From Octopus sinensis (Eukaryota), in assembly GCF_006345805.1 (NCBI RefSeq), contig NC_043001.1, forward strand, positions 135,656,001-135,720,000: a stretch of 64,000 bases of DNA, written 5' to 3'. The position numbers were made by a program, and so were the translations under genes. Shown here piece by piece: positions 23,918 to 35,963 of this stretch (within the stretch, counting starts at the first letter, position 1; each line of letters opens with the position of its first letter). Under the pieces are notes generated by a model. That model saw nothing but the letters and a program-made list of their open reading frames with translations, ran no database searches and was not told where the DNA came from.

Positions 23918-24030
23918 ACAGGGATAAGTGCTGGTACTTATGACTCTTTTCAGGATATCTGAGATTAGTGGGGAAAAATTATCCTCAAACCAGAGACTTG
24001 ATTTAAATGCTTGCAACCGAGTGGATTCTG
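23918..24030 (-). CDS. Candidate internal coding exon of an unidentified gene (xAESTRLQAFKSSLWFEDNFSPLISDILKRVISTSTYPC)
   Basis: Non-repetitive sequence; acceptor TTCTTGCGTGCATTTAG, consensus donor GTGAGT, open frame phase 1 to 0; no homology recognised. Confidence 0.22.
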
Positions 24031-24237
24031 CTAAATGCACGCAAGAACTAGCTGGTGGTGCTAAATCAGGGGCCGAGTTAAGTTTACACATTTTGGGATG
24101 AAATGTAAAATTGATCTCAGAAGCATTTGAACACACAACATACAGAGCTGGAAGAAATACTGCAAGATATTTCTTTTAAAGTTTTAATGATATTATCAGC
24201 TATGATGATGATGATGATGATGATGATGATAATAATT

Positions 24238-25345
24238 TTTGGCACAAGGCCAGCAATTTCAGGAGAGGGGGTAAGTCAATTACATCAACTCCAGCACTCA
24301 ATTGGCACTTATTTTATCGACCCCCCCAACAGGATGAAAAGCAAAGCCAATCTTGGTGGAGTTTGAACTCAGAACAGATAAACTACTGCTAAGCATTTTG
24401 CCTGGCATGCTGACGATTTTGCCAGTTCGCTGCTTTAATAATAATAATAATAATCCTGTCAACTATAGGCACAAGGCCTGAAATTTGGGGGAGGGGGACT
24501 AGTTGATTACATTGACCTCAGTGCTCAACTGATTCTTATTTTATCGATCCTGAAAGAATAAAAGGGAAGGCCAACCTTGGTGGAATTTGAAACCAGAACA
24601 TAAAGATGAATGAAATGCTACTATACATTTTGCCTGGTGTGCTAATGATTCTGCCAGCTCACTACCTTAATAATAATAATAATAATTATTGATAATAATA
24701 ATTGATACCAAATGACATGAATGTTGAGAGTAAAGAGGTTGAAAAAGTCATCAGTTACTCTGAATTGAAGGTGGAAATGGCAATATGGTATGGAATGCGA
24801 GTGGGTAATGTAAAAGTGATACCAGTGGTGATCGGAACATTGAGCTCAATCGTATTGAAACTTAAAGACTTCTTAAGGCAACTGGAAATCCCATGCAAGA
24901 TTGATGTCTTGCAAAAATCAGCCTTATTGGGGCACAACATACATCTTAAGGAAAGTATTACCTGACTGAGGTCCTTGTTGAGACTTGACAGATGACTAAA
25001 GACTCCGGTGCATTTTTACCTACACTGTGTTATGAAGGAATAATAATAATAATAATAATAATAACATAATAATAATAATAATAATAATAATGATAATCCT
25101 TTCTACTAAAGGCACAAGGCCTGAAATTTTGGGGGAGGGGACTAGTCAATTACATCAACCCCAGTGTTTCACTGGTACTTAATTCATTGATCCTGTAAGG
25201 ATAATAATAACAACAATCCTTTCTACAATAGGTACAAGGCATGAAATTTGTTGGGAGAGGACCAGTTGATTATATTGACCCCAGTGCTTGAGTGGTACTT
25301 ATTTTATTAAACCTGTAAGGATGAAAGGCAAAGTTGACTTTGGTG
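24238..25345 (-). mobile_element. Cluster of four head-to-tail family B SINEs, each separated by (AAT)n
   Basis: Reverse copies at ~24238-24435, 24455-24668, 25095-25200 and 25215-25345. Confidence 0.85.
24702..25040 (+). mobile_element. R4/Dong-clade non-LTR retrotransposon 3' fragment (restriction-like endonuclease end) with (TAA)n tail
   Basis: IPNDMNVESKEVEKVISYSELKVEM..W...VKVIPVVIGTLSS...L.QLEIP...LQKSALLG matches the RLE C-terminal pattern (P.D..KE.EK..KY..L..E...W...PVVIG.LG...LQK.ALLG); (AAT)n on both sides. Confidence 0.85.
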
Positions 25346-25349
25346 GCTC

Positions 25350-25564
25350 AATATTCTTTTAGTTGTTTCAGTCATTTGATTGCGGTCATGCTGGAGCACC
25401 ACCTTTAGTCGAATAAATCGACCCCAGGACTTATTCTTTGTAAGCATAGTACTTATTCTACCTGTGTCTTTTTGATGAACCACTAAGTGATGGGGACGTA
25501 AACACACCAACATCAGTTGTCAAGCGATGGTGGGGGGACAAACACAGACACAAACAACAAACAC

Positions 25565-25633
<69 letters not shown>

Positions 25634-25775
25634 ACAGGCTTCTTTCAGTTTCTCACAAGGCTTTAGTTGGCCCGAGGCTAAAGTAGAAGATACCTGCCCA
25701 AGGTGCCACGCAGTGGGACTGAACCAGGAACCATGTGGTTGGGAAGCAAGCTTCTTACCACTCAGCCACTCCTGT
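25350..25775 (-). mobile_element. Family A SINE with expanded internal (TA)n
   Basis: Reverse copy; about 30 TA units at 25568-25630. Confidence 0.88.
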
Positions 25776-25834
25776 GCCTTATAGTAACAACAACATCAAT
25801 AATAATAATAATGATTGTTTCAGTTTTGCCAATA

Positions 25835-26340
25835 TTGTTAAGTTAATCTGTTATTCAAACCTAATTAGTTTTGCTTTTTTGGCAAGCATGCACTGCTCCA
25901 GCTCTTCAGTTACAGCATTCAGTACTTTTGTAACGACACCATACTTCATCCATTTTTCAAATTTATGATCATTCTTCAATTCTCCTTTTCTTTCCCTGTC
26001 AAGTACTGACATTATACTGTTCAGAGAGCTTATATCTTATGACATTCTCCTTCTTCACCAAGTTGTTTATTTCCTTTTCTTTCTGTCAATGTCCTCTTCT
26101 CATTGATCTTCAACTGCATTCTCTTTGCAACAGTTTTACTCGCAGCCTTGATGAGTCTATTTGTTTGTGAGATGTTCTTTGTTTCAATACATTATCGTCT
26201 TCACTTGCTTCTTGATTTAGTTTCCATTGGTTACCCTTGTAGAAGTACTTCATAAATTCTGTCTCTTCTGTATTTAATTGATCCAAAACCCTGTTCATTA
26301 TCATCTGATCTTCATCATTTACTTGTTCTCTGATCCTGAT
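25835..26340 (-). pseudogene. Decayed R4/Dong-like ORF fragment (region upstream of RT)
   Basis: Frameshifted NISQTNRLIKAASKTVAKRM and KYGVVTKVLNAVTEELEQCMLAKKAKLIRFE resemble the R4/Dong TNRLIYAAA and EELKQRITAKAAKIKRYE motifs. Confidence 0.65.
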
Positions 26341-26468
26341 TTTTTTTTAGCACTCACATCAGTATATTCTTGTGAACAATTGTCCATTTCTTCTTCTTCT
26401 TCTTCTTCTTCTTCTTCTCCTCCTCCTCCTTCTACTCCTTGTCATCGTCATCATCATCTTATTATTAT

Positions 26469-27038
26469 TGCCCTCATGCAATAACAGGCAGTGTCACTCA
26501 TGGACTCTGATCTGAACTGAATGAAAGCGTTAATATGTACGTGTTTTGTCTTTCCAGTGTAAAAGATGGGCTACTGCAAATATTCTACCCAACACTACAG
26601 ATTTGCTTGTCAGTTGCTTGACCTTAACCAGTTGAGCATGTCCCTTAGTGGCTGACGATATGTGCATCTCTGAACATGAGCATAAGTAGTCGGGGAGAAG
26701 CATAACCATGTGTTGAGAAGGATTCTTTGAGGTTTGAAATTATTCAAACCCCTAAGAATCCCCTGAAAACATAGGTGTTGTATTCGTCATCCTTTAACAA
26801 CCTTTATTCAGGGAGCTTTTCAGCAGGCTGAATTACCTGACCTGAAGAAAAATTCTAAGTGGGCCCTACCCGCAAAGGCATGTGCTGTTTATCTTAATAT
26901 GGAGCTCAGTTGTACACATATGCTTGTGATGCATGTGTATAGTATATCCTTATCAGATAAGTAGTCATGATGGATGTATTGGGCTTTGTATATTTGTACC
27001 TCAGTGTTACTTTGATGCAGTGTACTGCTCTCTCACTC
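26469..27038. mobile_element. Element X, inverted copy
   Basis: Reverse complement of 3530-4084; (ATT)n on the left, (AAT)n on the right. Confidence 0.85.
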
Positions 27039-27479
27039 AATAATAATAATAATAATACTCTCTATTACTATTACACTGAACTATAAATATCCCCAAAATT
27101 TACATCTTGAAATCCTTTTAACGTGTGTGATGTATAAACATAATTTTTGTTTCTTCCCAAAATCAACACAAAATGACATACTAATATGTTTGTGCCTGTT
27201 GCCAATAAATTCTCAAACAACACAAGTAAGAATGCCAAGAGGGATTTAGTAGTTCTTTGAGCAAAGACTAAGTAAATTCTCCAGCTTGTCAATATATTAT
27301 GACATGGTGTTATAGTAGTTTCAAATAACAAATCGTCTACATGCCACCACCTCACCTAAGCTGTCTTTTATAGTTTAGAATGCCATCTAAGCAAAATTCT
27401 ACTCACGTTCTAATACACACACACACACACATGCATGCATATGTATATCTATCTATCTAGGTAGTGATCTATTATATAT

Positions 27480-27835
27480 ATATTTAACATTATAGTCGAT
27501 TTTGATATAATCATAATTGTTAAGTTTTATGTTTCTAGTTTGATAATAGAGTTTATTATAAGTAAAATTATTATATTATTTATATCTTAAAAATATTGTT
27601 TAAATATTTCTGATTATATTTTAGATATTTCAATTAACCTGAAGATTGACTGTAACTATAACTCGAATTATTACGAATTGTACAGCCATGAAACGATCGT
27701 AGTGTTTTACTCTTTATCTTTTATTAAACTTTTAATACTTTTGATATATATTTAAAATAATATAAATTAATTAATTTTATGTATTGGCTTATGTTTTTCA
27801 TTGTTTGATTTGCCTAATAGAGGTTTTATCTCTAA
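27480..27835 (+). mobile_element. AT-rich Penelope-like terminal repeat remnant between (TA)n runs
   Basis: Contains the CCTGAAGA...GAAACGATCGTA motif typical of Penelope pLTRs; TA runs on both sides. Confidence 0.5.
27639..27701 (+). ncRNA. Minimal type I hammerhead ribozyme motif
   Basis: CTGAAGA 27639-27645; stem II TGACTGTA : TACAGCCA; GAAA 27690-27693; palindromic CGATCG; GTA site 27699-27701; stem I only about 2 bp. Confidence 0.55.
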
Positions 27836-28836
27836 TTTAATATAATATATATATATATATAATATGAGGGAATGTTATAACAAACTTACAGGGAAAAATT
27901 CAATTTAAAAAAACTAAATCAAATTTCACAAAATATAATATATATATATATAAATTATATTTTTGCACATTACTTAATTATTGTTATATGCTTTATCTTA
28001 TATTCAATCTTTCTATAAGATGTAATTTTTCTAAATGGTATAATTTAATTTTTCATTATTTGAATTGATAAAAGGTGTTTTTTTTCTAATTTACATTGAT
28101 ATATATATATTCTTTAACGTCCATTTCCCATTTTGGCATGGGTTGGATGGTTTGACAGAAGCTGACAAGTCAGAGAACTGCAGCAGGCACCAATTGTCTG
28201 TTTTTAGCATGGTTTCTATGGCTGGATGCCCTTCTTAATGCCAACCTGTTTACAGAGTGTACTGGGTGCTTTTTTTTTACATGGCACAAGCACAAAAGCA
28301 TTTTAACATCCACTTTTTCATGCTTGCATGGTTTGGATGGAATTTGTTGAGGTGAATTTTCTACAGGTGGATGCTGATGCTCTTCCTGTTGCCAACCCTC
28401 ACCTGTTTCCCCCCAAAAAGTAATATTGTTGCACTTGTATTATATTGACACTCATTTGCAACTACTATGTGATGTCAAACCAAGTAGACAATAACACACA
28501 CACACACACACACACAAACAATGGGCCTCTTTCAGTTTTCATCGACGAAATCTAGCCACAAGGCTTCAGTCAGCTCAGGGCTATAGTAGAAGACATTTGC
28601 TCAAGGTGTCATGTAGTGTGACTGAACCAAGAGTCATGTGTGATTGGGAGGCAAACTTCTCACTACACAGCCACACCAGTCCATCCGTCTGTCTGTCTGC
28701 CCATCTATCTACACACATAAATATATGCATGCATGTGTGTGTATATATATATAACTAATGTAGGATAATTCTTTTTTTTCGGGAAAAAAATTTTATCAAT
28801 GGCCAGCATATCAAAAATACCTTTGAAGGTTAAATT

Positions 28837-29229
28837 TATATAAATAATTTACAAAATGAGGGCAAAAGAAAAATTCTAATGCCAAATATGCCAAAAAAAA
28901 GACAAAAATTGTCAATAGCCATTATAATTTATGCGTCTCAAAACAAACCGATAGAAATTTCTAAAAAATCCGTTATTACCATATCGGTCCCAATTTCGGG
29001 GTTAATTCATAAGAATTTTCCCCTCTTTGATGCCAGATGAGGAGGGGAAAATTCTTATGAATTAACCCTGAAATTGGGACCAATACAGTAATAACGGATT
29101 TTTTAGAAATTTCTATCGGTTTGTTTCGAGACACATAAATTATAATGGTTATTGACAATTTTTGTCTTTTTTCGGCGTATTTGGCATTAGAAATTTTCTT
29201 TTGCCCTCATTTTGTAAATTATGTATATA
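28837..29229. mobile_element. Palindromic foldback MITE (~190-bp arms, 16-nt loop)
   Basis: 28837-29025 is the reverse complement of 29042-29229 at high identity; loop TTTGATGCCAGATGAG; TA-rich ends. Confidence 0.9.
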
Positions 29230-29369
29230 TATATATAAACAAAAGAGGAGTGTATTTCCATGCAGGAAAAAATATAGGAAAATTTGTTGTTGAAAATGCA
29301 CCTAAATTTGAAAAACTTGTAATCGCTTAAAATAAATTTATTTACTTATATACCAAACTAGTTTCAACA

Positions 29370-29422
<53 letters not shown>

Positions 29423-30436
29423 TTACTCAACCTTTGGTATTTGAGTACTATTATCTTCAACTTGTTTCACATCTAAATCTCACACATGTTTCTATATATG
29501 AGTGTATATGCAAGTGAGTGTGTGTTTCAAAGTATTATGTGTCAATAGTTGGTGAAGGACTACCCTGAAAACAAGTGGACAGTCATAGTGTGTGTTTCTA
29601 CACACACACACACACATGCCATTTTGACATGACCTCACATTTCAAAAGAAAAGATCTCGTGTGACACGGTCCTCAGTTTTAGCTACAAGATATTAGAACG
29701 TTCTTCAATTTGGAATCTAAGTATGTTGATCGATGACTGTATTCAAAAGCAGCACATCAAACATTTGTTATTTCATGGCCTTGAGAAACAGTCATCACAT
29801 CAGAAGAATGTCTTTGATGCCAGATGAAGAAATATAATCTATTTCTTCATAACAAAATCTGTCTAGATCAGTCCGTTATTTCTGTCTATCAATCTCGACA
29901 GATGAAGAAATTCAACAAATACCATTTCTTTGTACATTCCACTTAAGATTTTTCTGATAGAAAGTCATTCTTTCTCCCACTTTATACTTTCTATGTCATT
30001 CTTTTGTGTTACCATTTAATCGATATTTACTTATCAGCACCACTGACTTCAAGAGTTTGATTCTACAAGTTATTACCTGCGTTTAGACTTGAGCCTGACA
30101 CTAAAAGCCCATAGTACGCGCTAAGCTGTATATCATCATGATACTAATTCTTTATTCAAGCACTCAGTCTCTTACACAGAGGGGACAACACAAGGACAGA
30201 CAGAAAACCACGGTGGGAACAAAAAACACAAAATGAATGAAATAAGCAAAATGTTATATAACAAATGAAGATGGAATGGCTGCATGACCCCCACCCTCAA
30301 GGAGTACCATTTGAACGTTTTTACAGACAATTTCTAATATTTTCTTTTTCCTTTTGTTTTTTTTCCTTAGTATCGTTTTTTTTTTAAAAGAAATTTTACT
30401 TACTCTTTTTTCTTTAAAAGTTCATATATGGTTCTA

Positions 30437-30835
30437 TCATCATCATCATCATCATCATCGATTAACGTCCGTTCTCCATGCTAGCATGGGTTGGATGGTT
30501 CAACCGGGAATCTGGGAAGCCAGAAGGCTGCACCAGGCTCTGGTCTTATCTGGCAATGTTTCTACAGCTGGATGCCCTTCCTAACGCCAACCACTCCGTG
30601 AGTGTAGTGGGTGCTTTTTACGTGCCACCTGGACTGGTGCCAGGCGAGGCTGGCATCGGCTACGGTCAGATTGGTGCATTTTACGTGCCACCTGCACGGA
30701 AGCCAGTTGAGGCGGCACTGTCTTCGGCCACGATTCGGGTGGTGCATTTTACGTGCCACCTGCACAGAAGCCAGTCGAGGCGGCACTGGCTTCGGCCACG
30801 ATTCAGATGGTGCTTTTTACGTGCCACCGACACGT
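30437..30835 (-). mobile_element. RTE 3' UTR with 63/68-bp tandem array and (GAT)n tail
   Basis: GGTGC.TTTTACGTGCCACC at 30610, 30673, 30741 and 30809; (CAT)n at ~30437-30458. Confidence 0.88.
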
Positions 30836-31571
30836 CCCCCACAGGTGGAAGTTCATCAAATTCAACTTCGACTCTGAGTGGACCAATCTCTCTTTTATAT
30901 ATTTCCTTTAACTTGTTGTACCTTACTTTATCTATAACAATTGCTTTCACATTTTCATTACAAATCTCTTTTGGCAGCTTAACTCTTGTTATATCATCAT
31001 AATACTTATGTAAAGTTAAAGGACGAATGTGGAGGTAAATGTATGCATAAAGGAATTAATCATGATTAGAAGCATAGATATGGATGTGTGGATATGCAGT
31101 TTGCTCTATAACCACTTGGTTTTGGATTCAGTCCCACAGCATGGCACTTTAAGCAAGTGTCTTCTACTATAGCCCCAGGCTGACTAATGCTTTGTGAATG
31201 GAATTGGTAGATGGAAACGGTAAAACAGCATGAAAGCTTATTGCATTTGTGTGTGTGCATGTGCACATGAATGTTTACATTGTGTGCCTTCACATTGCAT
31301 CGGAGCAAAAGAGTAATGTGTTTTCATTACCTGCAAACAATAACAGTCTACAGCTCTGCTGGTTTTGAAGATCAGTGGAATAAAAAATAAATAAATAAAT
31401 AAAATTCCTTATTTGAAAAATAAGTCAGGGCATAATCTGGTTGCAAAATACTACCTCAATAAGTTTCCATCCAACCCATGCCGAGATGGAAAAATGGATG
31501 TAAAATGAACAAACATGGTTATAGTATAGTTCCTCAGTCCAAATCCACCACAGGTGTTTTCCTTCGTGTAT

Positions 31572-31865
31572 CAGTAGTTCTCAAACAGGGTCCATATAAA
31601 ATTTTTTTTGTAGAGTGGGGCAAAATTGTAAACCAGGGACTCACAGTAGTATATTAAGGGTCCATAAAAATTTTTCCTTTAGATGAATTTATTGCAAGAA
31701 GTTGCTAGATTTCTTTCTCTAATGTTATACATGATTCACACCTACACAATTTTAAGTGTGTAAAGCAAAATAAGAATTTTGAAAGAAGTATGTATAAAAC
31801 TAATTTTTAAACATCAAATGGCTATTGGGCGATGGGGGCCATCAGAATAAAACTATAATGAAACA
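31572..31865. mobile_element. hAT/Charlie-like MITE, left part
   Basis: Starts CAGTAGTTCTCAAAC (CAGTGGTTCTCAA-type TIR); the right part is interrupted by a SINE. Confidence 0.6.
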
Positions 31866-31869
31866 GGTC

Positions 31870-32238
31870 TACTCTTTTACTCTGTTACTTGTTTCAGTCA
31901 TTTGACTGCGGCCATGCTGGAGCACCGCCTTTAGTCGAGCAAATCGACCCCAGGACTTATTCTTTGTAAGCCTAGTACTTATTCTATCAGTCTCTTTTGC
32001 CGAACCGCTAAGTAACGGGAACATAAACACGCCAGCATCGGTTGTCATGCAATGTTGGAGGGGACGAAGACAGACACACAAACACATATATATATATACA
32101 TATATACGACTGGCTTCTTTCAGTTTCTGTCTACCAAATCCACTCACAAGGCTTTGGTCGGCCCAAGGCTATAGTAGAGGACACTTGCCCGAGGTGCCAC
32201 GCGGTGGGACTGAACCCGGAACCATGTGGTTCATAAGC
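31870..32238 (-). mobile_element. Family A SINE, slightly 5'-truncated
   Basis: Reverse near-consensus copy. Confidence 0.9.
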
Positions 32239-33425
32239 AAGCCAGGGAACAGTACATTTCTATGTTGCTTCAGTTGATCCAACAGCTGAAAATAGGTAAC
32301 AGTCATTTGATAATATTGCTCCACACTGACAGATATCCTGTACAGAGAGTGAATATATATAATACCAAGAAACTTAATATACCTTATATACTTGCAAATA
32401 GCATGGAAGCTTAATAAATTCATCTAAATGAAAATTTTTTATGGATCCTTAATATACTACTGATTTACTATTTTGCTTCTGTAGACTCCCCCCTCCTACA
32501 AAAAAACTTTATATGGACCCTGTTTGAGAACCACTGATACACGAAGGAAAACACCTGTTGTGAATTTGGATTGAGGAACTATTCTATAACCATGTTTGTT
32601 CATTTTACATCCATTTTTCCATCTCGGCATGGGTTGGATGGAAACTTACTGAGGCAGTATTCTGTAACCAGATTATGCCCTGACTTATTTTTCAAATAAG
32701 GAAATTTTTAAAATCTTTTTTTTATTCCACTGATTTTTATTCCACCAGTGCATAGGCTGCACCCTTAGTTTGTGGTTGTCAAAGTAGGTGTTTGCAGTTG
32801 ACTCGCAGTTAGGTCGCACTACAATCTGGGGAGTTACACTGCCCCCTTTATAACGTAAATACAACTAATATTTGTTAAATATTATCAAATATTTACTTTT
32901 ATATCAAAACTTTGCTTACAAATATTAAAACATTTTTGCGGAAGTGGCTCTATGGAAGTAGTCTAATTGATAAATCAACCCGACTACTAATACGTCACCG
33001 TCTGCATCAGATCCCTGTGATGTCGAGTGGATAGGTTGCACCCCTGATTTTTATAAAAATTTTTGGTAAAAAATGTGTGACCTATTCATGAGTATATACA
33101 GAAAGCATTTGCTTCTTAAAATCTCCTGAGGAATAAAAGACATTTGCCTTTTGTTTACCTGATCATAGCACAGTGTTAGAAACAAAATGCAAAAGGTCAA
33201 TTCTTTGATTAGCAAGTTAAAAATTCAGTAGTTGAATACATAAGTCATCAATTTCAAGAGAATATCTGAAACTTTATAAATATCATGGTCATATATTGGT
33301 TCCCAAAATAAATATAATTTCTGAGGAGACTTTGTTTATTCTATGTGGGTGTTTGTATATACACATATACACAAACCTTCATACATATTAAACACACACA
33401 CACACACACACATATATAATAGAAA

Positions 33426-33824
33426 TCTTTATATATAAAACTAAAGTTGTGTGTCTGTCTCCTACGATTTAGATTCCTAACTACTCCCACATTTTGCGGT
33501 GCAGTTTAACCAAAACCGGGTATCTTATAGTCGTGATTCATATTGAGCTGTTCTGGGTATTAGCGTGCATCTACGATGAGTCTACGATTTAAAAAATAAT
33601 TTACCATTATTTTTTTCCATTTTAATGCATTTTTTTCGCTATTATATAAGGGAAGTAACTCTCTAAAAATGTCTACAATGAGTCAACGATTTAAAAAAAA
33701 ATTTACCATCATTTTTTTCCCATTTTTAATGCATTTTTTTGCTATTTTTTGGCTATAACTCTCTAAAAATGCTTATATAGTTATTTCCCTTACAAACCCG
33801 AGCAACGCCGGGCGATACTGCTAG
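33426..33824 (+). mobile_element. Non-autonomous Helitron
   Basis: 5' TC(TTTATATATAAAA), 3' hairpin CCCG-AGCAACGC-CGGG followed by CTAG, inserted between A and T; internal ~95-bp tandem duplication. Confidence 0.88.
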
Positions 33825-33894
33825 TATGTTATAAAAAGAAAATAGAAACTACACATGGAAATGTAAGGGGAAAGTAAGAAGAAAAATAAGCGAA

Positions 33895-34900
33895 AATGCA
33901 CATTGGAAATCAAAAAAAGCAGTGTGCTGTTATGTACCTGCAGAAAAATGGTTTAGCTCCCATGTCATGCTGACATGGCTGCTACATTAAAGGATGACAC
34001 TCCTGCTTTATCAGGAATGCAAAAGAGGGCAGTTGAATTTAGGAGGGAAAGGGGGAGTTTTGAAGATGATCCAAGGTCTGGATGTCCTGAAGCTGCTACC
34101 ACCAAGGAAAACATTGATTGTGTTCACTACATTGTGATGGATGACAGGTGGTTTGCTATAATCAAATAGCCAATGCTATTAGCGTAACCTGAGAGAGATT
34201 TAAGAGTATTCTGCACAGTGAGCTTGGGAATGATGAAGGTTTCTGCTTGGTGGATGCCCTGTCTTTTGACACCTGATCACATCGCAGGAAAATCTGACAT
34301 TGTAGGAAGCAGATTCAGCAGGTTATCTTCAACATTTCCTGAACCAGGATGAGTGTTGGCTCCACTGCTTTGAGCTAGAGACAAAGAGACAATCCATGCA
34401 GTGGAAAAACACCTCCACACAAAGAAGGCTAAGGTCGTCTTATCTGCAGAGAAGGTGATGGCCTCAGTTTTTGTTGGAAGCAAAAGGCATTGTGTTTATT
34501 GGCTATCTTCACTTGGGCCACACCATTGATGAAAAGTACTATCTTGCTGAGACAGTTACAAAAGGCTATCGAGACCAAACACTGAGGAAAACCAATGAAA
34601 GGGATCTTGTTGCATCAGGACAATGCTACAGCATATAAATCCTTGGTTTCAATGTACTTGACTGTGGCTTTGAACTGATTGATCACCTTTCTTATTCTCC
34701 TGATTTGCCCCCCGTCCAACTATCGTCTGTTTCTCAACATGAGAAAAACACTTGGTTGTTGGTGGTGGTGGATCAGTATTGCAGTAATGATGATGTCATA
34801 TCTGCTGTTGATGATTTGTTCACCAACAGGATGAAAGCATCTTCACTAATGAGAACCAAGCACTGCAACACCGATGGAAAAAGTGTATGGACTACAAGGG
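33895..34900 (+). pseudogene. Decayed mariner transposase
   Basis: EFRRERGSFEDDPRSG, KVSAWWMP.LLT (WVPRxL), DECWLH, KVMASVF, LHQDNA, YSPDLPPS, LQHRWKKC motifs, with frameshifts. Confidence 0.92.
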
Positions 34901-35015
34901 GTACTATGTTTATGTGTACATTATATGCATGCAGATATGAACATGAATAACTACATGATATAGAAGACTGCAGGGATATATATCTGTGTGTGAATGTATA
35001 TATATATATATATAT

Positions 35016-35054
<39 letters not shown>

Positions 35055-35235
35055 ACGTGCTGGTGGCATGTAAAAGCATCCACTACACTCTCAGAGTGGT
35101 TGGCATTAGAAAGGGCATCAGCCGTAGAAACTCTGCCAGATCAGATTGGAGGCTGGTGCAGCCATCTGGTTCGCCAGTCCTCAGTCAAATCGTCCAACCC
35201 AAGCTAGCATGGAAAGCGGACGTTAAACGATGATT
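35055..35235 (+). mobile_element. RTE 3' UTR fragment
   Basis: GGTGGCATGTAAAAGCATCC...GGACGTTAAACGATGAT. Confidence 0.85.
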
Positions 35236-35462
35236 ATATATATATATATATACACACACACATACATATGTATATATATACATGCAGTTCCAGTACATGG
35301 CTGTTGCTGAATCATATTTATTTAAATAAGTATTCATGAAATAATTTCATGTAATCATATGAGAATGAAAATTTACCAATTTAAAGGTCATGCAACAACA
35401 CAGAAACAAGTGTTGTAATTTGTAATTAAAGCCAGTTTTATCCATCCTCTTCTATAAATTTA

Positions 35463-35526
<64 letters not shown>

Positions 35527-35928
35527 AGTCAAATTTAAGGTTAAAGAATTAAACTTAAGAAAATATGTTTGTGTGTTTGTCTAATAAAATCTCTTAATAT
35601 AATGAAACTGAAATGTAAATCTCCCAGCTTAAAACCATTGAAGACACCTGAGGAGTCTTCTATGCATTGTGCATTGCATTTCGTGTTATTGCATCATTCC
35701 ATGCCCACAGTGCACCTTGAAGATGAAACAATTGTTGTGGTAATAAATTATTTTTTGGGTACATTCTGTCTTCTCTATGAATCTTTAATATATATATATA
35801 CATATAAACACACATAAAATCTACCATCTCAAGTTGAGTGCATAGATGTGCGAGTCAGTTAATATATTGGTTAGTGATTCAATTAAAACGCATGCATGCA
35901 TACATACATACATACATACATACATACA

Positions 35929-35963
<35 letters not shown>

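Noticed and set aside
27071-27355. ORF starting MRWWHVDDLLF resembling an RT YVDD motif
   Set aside because: No other RT motifs, and on the opposite strand to the adjacent hammerhead-bearing repeat; probably chance.
31572-32535. A single hAT element with TIRs at 31572 and 32535
   Set aside because: The inverted match extends ~200 bp beyond the TIR into flank, so the right-hand TIR is part of an inverted duplication.
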